From Peptococcaceae bacterium UBA5757 (GTDB taxonomy: Bacteria; Bacillota; Dehalobacteriia; UBA4068): a DNA stretch of 64,000 bases. Shown here piece after piece: positions 58,387-64,000 of this stretch. The translations under genes and the position numbers were made by a program. The stretch spans positions 21,845-85,844 of the forward strand of contig DIFD01000012.1 in the NCBI GenBank assembly GCA_002418965.1, read 5' to 3'. Under the pieces are notes generated by a model that saw only the letters and a list, made by a program, of their open reading frames with translations, did not search any database and was not told the DNA's origin. Every line of letters starts with the position of its first letter. Positions within the stretch are counted from its first letter, which is position 1.

Positions 58387-58840
58387 ATGATGATTGGGTA
58401 CACATACGCAATTCAATTTCCGATTCCGAAAAATGTATAATAATCCAGTATATGGCAGCTCCCGAAATCAGTTTGCATGGTTTGATATTTTTGTTTCTGC
58501 TTAGTTTCTATTGCAGTTTTTATGATTACTCCATAGGAATCAAGTCTATTACCCGGATGAGAAAAGATGGCTCAATGTTGATACGACATTTGCAAGTACG
58601 GGTAACAATCATTCTGATAGGCCGGACGTTTTGTTAGATCATAAGAGTACTGCCGTTTCCCTTATCCGCGGAGCACCTCGATTTACCGTAATTTTATGAT
58701 GATCTGCTCCGTTGTGTAATTTTTCTTTGCCATCTTCTCCAGCTCCTTTTTTGTTAGTTTATCATTATTTTACTAACATTAAAACTGGTACAAAGATTGG
58801 GCGGCACTCCACAGAGGCTTCGCTTTACTATTTTATAGCC

Positions 58841-59536
58841 TTAAGAAAGCCCCTTAAATAACTGAGGTAATGGCCAAAATTTCATATTATAATACATGTC
58901 CCAGGAAAGTAATTCATACATACAACTCGCAAGATAAATTTCTTCTAGTTTTTTTAATTCCAATTCCGTCTTATTTTCCGCTAATTCGTTCGCTAACTCT
59001 ATGGTTTCTTCTACCGCTTTGATATAAACTTCGCCTAGGTACATGTCGATCCATTCACGGTATGGATGCCCTTTTGGCAATTTACAAAGTGGATCCAACA
59101 GCTTTACTTGCTCCCTATAACAGACGGCACATGGTAACACGGAAATGACCAGTTCCGCCAGACCACCTTCCCAAGCGCAGGCCCTTTCGTGGGAGGTATA
59201 AGCCCGGTTCATGCTATCCATAATAACACTGTCCAGTTCATGAGGCTCGATGTTTAATTTTTCTTGGTAATACTTGTGATAAAAAGGCACTTCGTGTTCC
59301 ATAGCCTCATCGAGAATATTATGGAATCTCACCATTGTCCTAAAATCAGGCGATTTTGCGATAGCTAAAGCAAAGACTTTGGAATACTCTAAAAGGTACT
59401 TATAGTTCTGTTTTATTTGATACCTGAACTTTTCTATTGGCAATGTGCCTGCTGCCAGCTCTTGTAAGTAGGACTGTTGAACTTCACTCCGTACCACTTC
59501 CATTGTTTTTGACCAAACCCGATCCATGAATGCCAT
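58841..59536 (-). CDS. tenA: TenA-family thiaminase II / aminopyrimidine aminohydrolase
   Basis: TenA/PqqC heme-oxygenase-like fold and length; AT-typical composition. Confidence 0.75.
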   Translation of the reverse strand: MAFMDRVWSKTMEVVRSEVQQSYLQELAAGTLPIEKFRYQIKQNYKYLLEYSKVFALAIAKSPDFRTMVRFHNILDEAMEHEVPFYHKYYQEKLNIEPHELDSVIMDSMNRAYTSHERACAWEGGLAELVISVLPCAVCYREQVKLLDPLCKLPKGHPYREWIDMYLGEVYIKAVEETIELANELAENKTELELKKLEEIYLASCMYELLSWDMYYNMKFWPLPQLFKGLS

Positions 59537-59660
59537 TTACTAATCCTCCTTCTATTGTTTTTTATTGCAGACCCTTCCTCATAGCAACACTTCTTATTAT
59601 ACATGCAACGGGTATTAAACCGACATCCTGAAGTTGGCTTGATTTTTGGTCCTTTATTTT

Positions 59661-59700
59661 TGGTTCTCCCATCCGCTAGCATGCTAGCGGATGGGAGAAC
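59661..59700. terminator. 40 bp perfect palindrome at the AT/GC compositional boundary
   Basis: GGTTCTCCCATCCGCTAGCA|TGCTAGCGGATGGGAGAACC; immediately 3' of the amidohydrolase gene. Confidence 0.6.
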
Positions 59701-59727
59701 CTGCAAACTGATGGGTTGAACGGGATC

Positions 59728-61065
59728 CTAGATGCGTTTGAGCAAAGTATGAAAGGCCTCGTTGGCCTTGGCAAACACCTCGTCCTGGTCCACCATGGTC
59801 AGCCGGCGGTCCTCCATCACCACCCGGCCGTCGATGATGCTGGTATGCACATCGGCGCCGTTGGCGGCGAAGAGCAGGTGGGAGTAGATGTTGGTTTGCT
59901 CACCCAGCACCAGGGGGGTAAAGTGCTCGTTCTTCAGGTTAATCAATATCAGGTCGGCCTTCTTGCCAACTTCTAGGCTGCCAGTGTTGTGCTTTAAGGC
60001 CTTGGAGCCGTTCTTGGTGGCCATAGCCAGCACTTCCTGTGGCGGGAACAGGCTGGCGTCCACCCGGTTGGCCCGGTGGATCAGGGAGGCGAATTTCATA
60101 GTGGAGAACAGGTCCACACTGTTGTTGCATTCGGCTGCGTCGTGCCCCACGCCGACGTTGATGCCGGCCCTGACCATCTCCGGCACCCGGGCGATGCCGT
60201 TGCCCAGCTTGGCGTTGGAAGCGGGGTTGTGGGAAATGTTGGTGCCCGTTTCCCGCATCAGGGCGATCTCCGCGTCCGACAGCCAGACGCAGTGGGCGGC
60301 GACGCAGTCCGACCCCAGGATGCCGCAATCGTAGGCGAATTCCGTTGGCCGACGGCCGAACAACCGCAGGCTCTCCTGCACCTCACTCAGGGACTCGTTC
60401 AGGTGGATATGGATGCCGGTCTGCAGTTTGTTGGCCAGATCCCGTGCCCCAACCAACAGCTTTCTGGACGACAGCGGCAGCCACTCGATGCCCACATAGA
60501 CCTCAATGCGGCCGTTGGCTCTGCCGTGTTTGGCCTGGTAAAGTCGTTCGTTGTCCGCCAGGGAATCCAGCTGATGCTCGTCGTCGGCCACGTCGCAGCA
60601 GAGTACCGCCCTCATGCCAATGGCCTCGGCCGCGTCGCCGCAGGCCTCCATCTGGCGCCACTGGTCGTTGACGGTGGTGGCCCCGGAACGGATGGCCTCG
60701 CTGTAGCTGCACATCGCTGCCCAGTAGGCCTCCTGCGAGGAGACGTTTCTGGTCAGTGGATACCAGGCGGTCATCAGGTACTCCATCAACGGTAGGTGGT
60801 CGCAATATCCCTTGCCGATGCCGGAATGAAAGTGCAGGTTGACCAGCCCCGGCATCACCGCCTTGCCCCGAGCGTCAATTACCCGGTCAGCCTGGGGGTA
60901 CTTGGGCGCCAGGTCGCTGGTCGGACCGATGGCTGCGATCTTGTCGTCCTCGATGACCACCATCCCGTCGTCGTATAGGGTCCAGGCGTCGTCCATGACC
61001 AGGAGGACGCCGTTCTTGATTACTATTCGGTTCTTTACCTTATTGTCACCTGGCAAATTAACCAC
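59728..61065 (-). CDS. amidohydrolase-superfamily deaminase (MtaD / chlorohydrolase / aminopyrimidine deaminase-like)
   Basis: Metal-binding HxH (NLHFHSG), HIH, HCV and terminal D motifs of the TIM-barrel amidohydrolases; ~62% GC. Confidence 0.8.
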   Translation of the reverse strand: MVNLPGDNKVKNRIVIKNGVLLVMDDAWTLYDDGMVVIEDDKIAAIGPTSDLAPKYPQADRVIDARGKAVMPGLVNLHFHSGIGKGYCDHLPLMEYLMTAWYPLTRNVSSQEAYWAAMCSYSEAIRSGATTVNDQWRQMEACGDAAEAIGMRAVLCCDVADDEHQLDSLADNERLYQAKHGRANGRIEVYVGIEWLPLSSRKLLVGARDLANKLQTGIHIHLNESLSEVQESLRLFGRRPTEFAYDCGILGSDCVAAHCVWLSDAEIALMRETGTNISHNPASNAKLGNGIARVPEMVRAGINVGVGHDAAECNNSVDLFSTMKFASLIHRANRVDASLFPPQEVLAMATKNGSKALKHNTGSLEVGKKADLILINLKNEHFTPLVLGEQTNIYSHLLFAANGADVHTSIIDGRVVMEDRRLTMVDQDEVFAKANEAFHTLLKRI

Positions 61066-61092
61066 TCTCCCTCCAACAAAGGCTTCGTTTAC

Positions 61093-62421
61093 TTATGCTG
61101 AGATATTCTGCGACCCGGTTGCCGAATCCTTCCGCGACCCGGCGAAGTGACTGGGCATAGCTACCTTGGCGATGATGTAGTAAAGAACACCGGTGATGAT
61201 GAAACTGGGGATGGAAGACCCAGTGGGCCACCAGCCATAATAGGCAACCTGGTAGATGATGAAGCCAACGATTAAAGCCACATAGGCCACGATGTTGAAA
61301 CCGCCGGTGTACCAGTAGAGACCTTTTTTCTCGAACAGAGCGTCGAACTGCACCTTCTTGCGGATCAGGAAGTAGTCGACGATCACTATGGCCTCCAGGG
61401 GCACAAAAACGGCGCCGATAATGAGCAGGAAGTTCTGGTAGTTGACGATAATGGGGAAAAAAAGGGCGACCGCAGTCCCGATGATACCGCCCCAAAACAC
61501 CAAGGTGCGCTCTTTGATCATGGGCAGGAAGTTTTTAGCCGCTACGCCAGTGGAGAAAATATCCAGGAAGGCAGTGGTAATGGTAGAAAAGAGAATCACC
61601 ATTACGGCAATGATGCCCAGGCCCAGGCCGGTCATCAGAGCTATCGGGTCAGCGCTGGCCATACCGGTCGCAGTGGCTACCAAAAATCCCACAAACTGCA
61701 TCCATAAGCTGGCGATCCAGTAGCCCCAGTACATGCCATGGGCGGTTCGCTTGGGATTTTTACCGTAGCGGGAGTAGTCAGCCACCAGCGGCACCCAGGA
61801 TAAGCTCATGGCAATGACGATATCCACAGCGACTATGAAGGATATACCGCCGGGAGCCGGCATAGCCAGCAATTCCGAAAAACTGTAGTGTTGGAAAACA
61901 ACAATGGTCATGACAAGGGAGACAATTACCGTAATTGCCACCGCAAACCGCTGAAACCACTTCCAGAAGTTGTGGCCCAATATGGCATTGATGGTGCAGA
62001 GCACGCCAATTAAAGCTGTCCAGAAAAAGAAGTTATCAAAAATGCCCAAAGACTCGGCTACCACCTGGCAGGCCTGGCCCCCCAGGACCACCATTACCGC
62101 GGTCCAACCGATCAGTTGCAAGGCGTTGAGGACACTGGGGAAGTATGACCCCAGCACACCAAACGAAGGCCGGGTGGAAACCATCCCCGGAATACCCTCT
62201 CGCGAGCCAATAAGTGAAGTTGCGTACATCGGCAGGCCGCCGATTATCTTGCCGACGAAGAGGGCCACGATGCCAATCCCAAATCCCAGGCCGGCCACGT
62301 AAGACCCGGCAAAGATTTCGCCCAGGCCGATAGCAGCTCCGATCCATAGCAGCGCTGCATCAAAGCCTGTCATGTTACGGTCCTCCGGCTTAACAGGTTC
62401 AATTCCCATGTAATTACTCAT
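61093..62421 (-). CDS. NCS1-family nucleobase/pyrimidine (cytosine or HMP-type) permease
   Basis: 12 TM NCS1 topology and length; ~60% GC. Confidence 0.8.
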   Translation of the reverse strand: MSNYMGIEPVKPEDRNMTGFDAALLWIGAAIGLGEIFAGSYVAGLGFGIGIVALFVGKIIGGLPMYATSLIGSREGIPGMVSTRPSFGVLGSYFPSVLNALQLIGWTAVMVVLGGQACQVVAESLGIFDNFFFWTALIGVLCTINAILGHNFWKWFQRFAVAITVIVSLVMTIVVFQHYSFSELLAMPAPGGISFIVAVDIVIAMSLSWVPLVADYSRYGKNPKRTAHGMYWGYWIASLWMQFVGFLVATATGMASADPIALMTGLGLGIIAVMVILFSTITTAFLDIFSTGVAAKNFLPMIKERTLVFWGGIIGTAVALFFPIIVNYQNFLLIIGAVFVPLEAIVIVDYFLIRKKVQFDALFEKKGLYWYTGGFNIVAYVALIVGFIIYQVAYYGWWPTGSSIPSFIITGVLYYIIAKVAMPSHFAGSRKDSATGSQNISA

Positions 62422-62512
62422 TATTACACCCCCTTAATATTCCTAGAAGATCGAGTTCTGAAAATAAGGCCAATTTTAACCATGCATTATTGAAGCATCC
62501 TCACCTCCCCGG

Positions 62513-62950
62513 CTAAAAAATTCCGACAGTTCCATGTAACATACCGGCCACCTGACCCAAGCCGTGGTTTATGATGAGCCTTCCGGTGTTCAACACGCAG
62601 GAGAGCTGTTTGCCGGCATGCTTGCATTCCAGGTAAGCGTGTCCGAGGGAGCAGTGGTAACAGAACGGGGGTTGGCAGACGAAGGTATTAGTACAGACCT
62701 GGCAGGACACCTGCCGCACAAACCCATCCGCACTGAACAGGTAATAACGGCCCCAGTACAGGCGGTTTAAGACCACGGCTCCGGCCCCGGCTCCGGCCCC
62801 GGCTCCGGCCCCGGCCACAGCGGTAATGACCTTGTGAGAATGCTTGCGGGGGCGATGTGCACCCTTGCCGGTGAAAAGCCGAATGATCATACTGGATACT
62901 TCCGTCGTACGCCGGAAGTATCCACAAACAGCACCTTGGCCGGCCAGCAC
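62513..62950 (-). CDS. questionable ORF: Cys-rich C-terminus (CQVCTNTFVCQPPFCYHC..ECKH..SC) preceded by a (Gly-Ala)6 tract
   Basis: Only long minus-strand ORF between the permease and the deacetylase-like gene; the GA tract is encoded by the 12 bp tandem repeat; no family recognised and GC-rich DNA produces spurious ORFs. Confidence 0.2.
   Translation of the reverse strand: MLAGQGAVCGYFRRTTEVSSMIIRLFTGKGAHRPRKHSHKVITAVAGAGAGAGAGAGAVVLNRLYWGRYYLFSADGFVRQVSCQVCTNTFVCQPPFCYHCSLGHAYLECKHAGKQLSCVLNTGRLIINHGLGQVAGMLHGTVGIF
62777..62816. repeat. 3.3 tandem copies of the 12 bp unit GGCTCCGGCCCC
   Basis: Direct reading of 62777-62816. Confidence 0.85.
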
Positions 62951-63269
62951 ATCCTCGACGAGTATGTTGGCCAGCGCAGCCTTGTATCCGTGCTGTACAG
63001 GCCCCAGACAAACCCGAGGCGGCCCAGAACATCCTTAATAGTCGCGTAGACCGAGGCTGTTCTTTTTAGGTAATCGTTCGTTCTCGGTGCGTGCCACCGA
63101 AATCCACCTGTACTCGTCAGTGGCAGTTCAACACTTGATTATGTATTTTTTATCCCATTCCCTGATATTTCCCCAATCGACGTTGACGGCCATAGCCCTA
63201 CCCCTTTTAGATGCTATATCTTTGGTTTGGTCATAGCCCAATATATCACCGTAACCTGCAGCCGGGCGC

Positions 63270-64000
63270 TCATAGACTCGCTAATCCCAGGTTGCGCCGC
63301 GCAACCAAAGCCACGGTCTCCACTACTTCTATTTGCTCCCTGGTCAGCCGCTGAGCCGGCACCTGGTCCATTTCAAAAGGATCCGCCAGCTGGTGTTCCA
63401 GTCCCGCCACCGCTTCAATGGTAGCCGCGCAGCAGAAAGGTCCGTAGGTGGTGTTGTAACCGCCCTCTTGGGTCAGGACCAGCCGGCCGTTGGCATAGCG
63501 CCGGGCAATTTGCGCGGTCTTTTCTCCCAGCATACGGAATCCGGCCATGGTCAAGGACAGGCGGGCCAGCGGGTCGAAGATTGAGGCGTCCTGGCCAGAG
63601 GCGGCAATCACCAGTTCCGGGCGATACCAGTCAGCCAGCGGCTCGATGACTCTTTCAAAGGCATACCTGTAGCCCTCGTTGCCGGTCCCGGCGGGCAGGG
63701 GGATATTGACGTTGTAGCCCAGTCCGTCCCCCTCGCCGGCTTCCTCGATCCTGCCGGAATCTTGCGGGTACATACCGTCCTGGTGCAGAGAAACGGTCAG
63801 CACCTGGGGTGATTTCCAGAAAATCGCCTGAGTCCCGTTGCCGTGGTGAGAATCCCAGTCGATAATCATCACCCGGCAGAGGGCATGCTGTTTTAGAGCG
63901 TGGGTGGCGGCTAAGGCGCCGTTATTAAAAATGCAGAACCCCATGCCAAAATCCGGCAGGGCGTGGTGCCCCGGCGGCCGGACAAGGCAGTAAACGCTGG
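63270..64000 (-). CDS. histone-deacetylase / acetoin-utilisation (AcuC) / acetylpolyamine-amidohydrolase family protein, C-terminal ~225 aa; the N-terminus lies beyond the window
   Basis: Catalytic region ..IIDWDSHHGNGTQ..; GC-rich; the ORF remains open at the window edge. Confidence 0.75.
   Translation of the reverse strand, partial: SVYCLVRPPGHHALPDFGMGFCIFNNGALAATHALKQHALCRVMIIDWDSHHGNGTQAIFWKSPQVLTVSLHQDGMYPQDSGRIEEAGEGDGLGYNVNIPLPAGTGNEGYRYAFERVIEPLADWYRPELVIAASGQDASIFDPLARLSLTMAGFRMLGEKTAQIARRYANGRLVLTQEGGYNTTYGPFCCAATIEAVAGLEHQLADPFEMDQVPAQRLTREQIEVVETVALVARRNLGLASL

Noticed and set aside
59537-59727. TPP riboswitch upstream of tenA, and likewise upstream of the NCS1 permease at 62422-62512
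   Set aside because: Neither strand shows the CUGAGA / ACCUGAUCUGGAUAAUGCCAGCG core elements.
60076-60978. Multiple Arg/Gly/Pro-rich ORFs on both strands inside the GC-rich amidohydrolase and permease genes (for example 60076-60795, 59939-60328, 60345-60671, 60503-60805)
   Set aside because: High GC suppresses stop codons in the non-coding frames; the true genes are the minus-strand amidohydrolase and NCS1 permease, which have recognisable motifs.
1-64000. CRISPR arrays, rRNA genes, complete tRNA genes, group II introns, prophage blocks
   Set aside because: No spaced direct-repeat arrays, no rRNA-like conserved stretches, no complete cloverleaf candidates and no phage structural genes were seen.

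Overview
This 64 kb window is from a low-GC (~40%) Firmicute, probably a Clostridia/Peptococcaceae-type organism judging by SLH S-layer proteins, GTG/TTG starts and AGGAGG ribosome-binding sites. The last ~4.3 kb (about 59.7 kb onward) switches abruptly to ~62% GC. Most of the window is ordinary chromosome. It carries housekeeping genes (ABC-F ATPase, O-acetyltransferase, type IA topoisomerase, RluA pseudouridine synthase, THUMP RNA methyltransferase, DEAD-box helicase, a leuC-leuD-leuB-cimA operon, pyruvate carboxylase with beta-carbonic anhydrase, rplY/ctc, TenA), several regulators and transporters, and an envelope cluster (DUF948/YtxH, sortase with an LPXTG-like ice-binding-like/DUF11 surface protein, and two SLH S-layer proteins, one of 1390 aa). 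Insertion-sequence decay is heavy: one intact IS3-family element, one internally deleted relative, a solo left-end fragment, and three remnants of a second IS3-family element. Things the ORF track does not explain: a four-copy conserved ~35 nt module fused to covarying terminator hairpins; a sigma-A promoter-to-terminator unit with no ORF (candidate sRNA); a duplicated ~190 bp promoter-proximal module with a family of ATGAATGA..TCATTCAT palindromic operators around a TetR gene; several real-looking sub-60-aa genes (two lmo0937-family, a 52 aa hydrophilic protein, a 24 aa and a 49 aa hydrophobic peptide); tandem repeats; pseudogenes; and a GC-rich block bounded by a 40 bp perfect palindrome. 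I found no CRISPR array, rRNA or complete tRNA.
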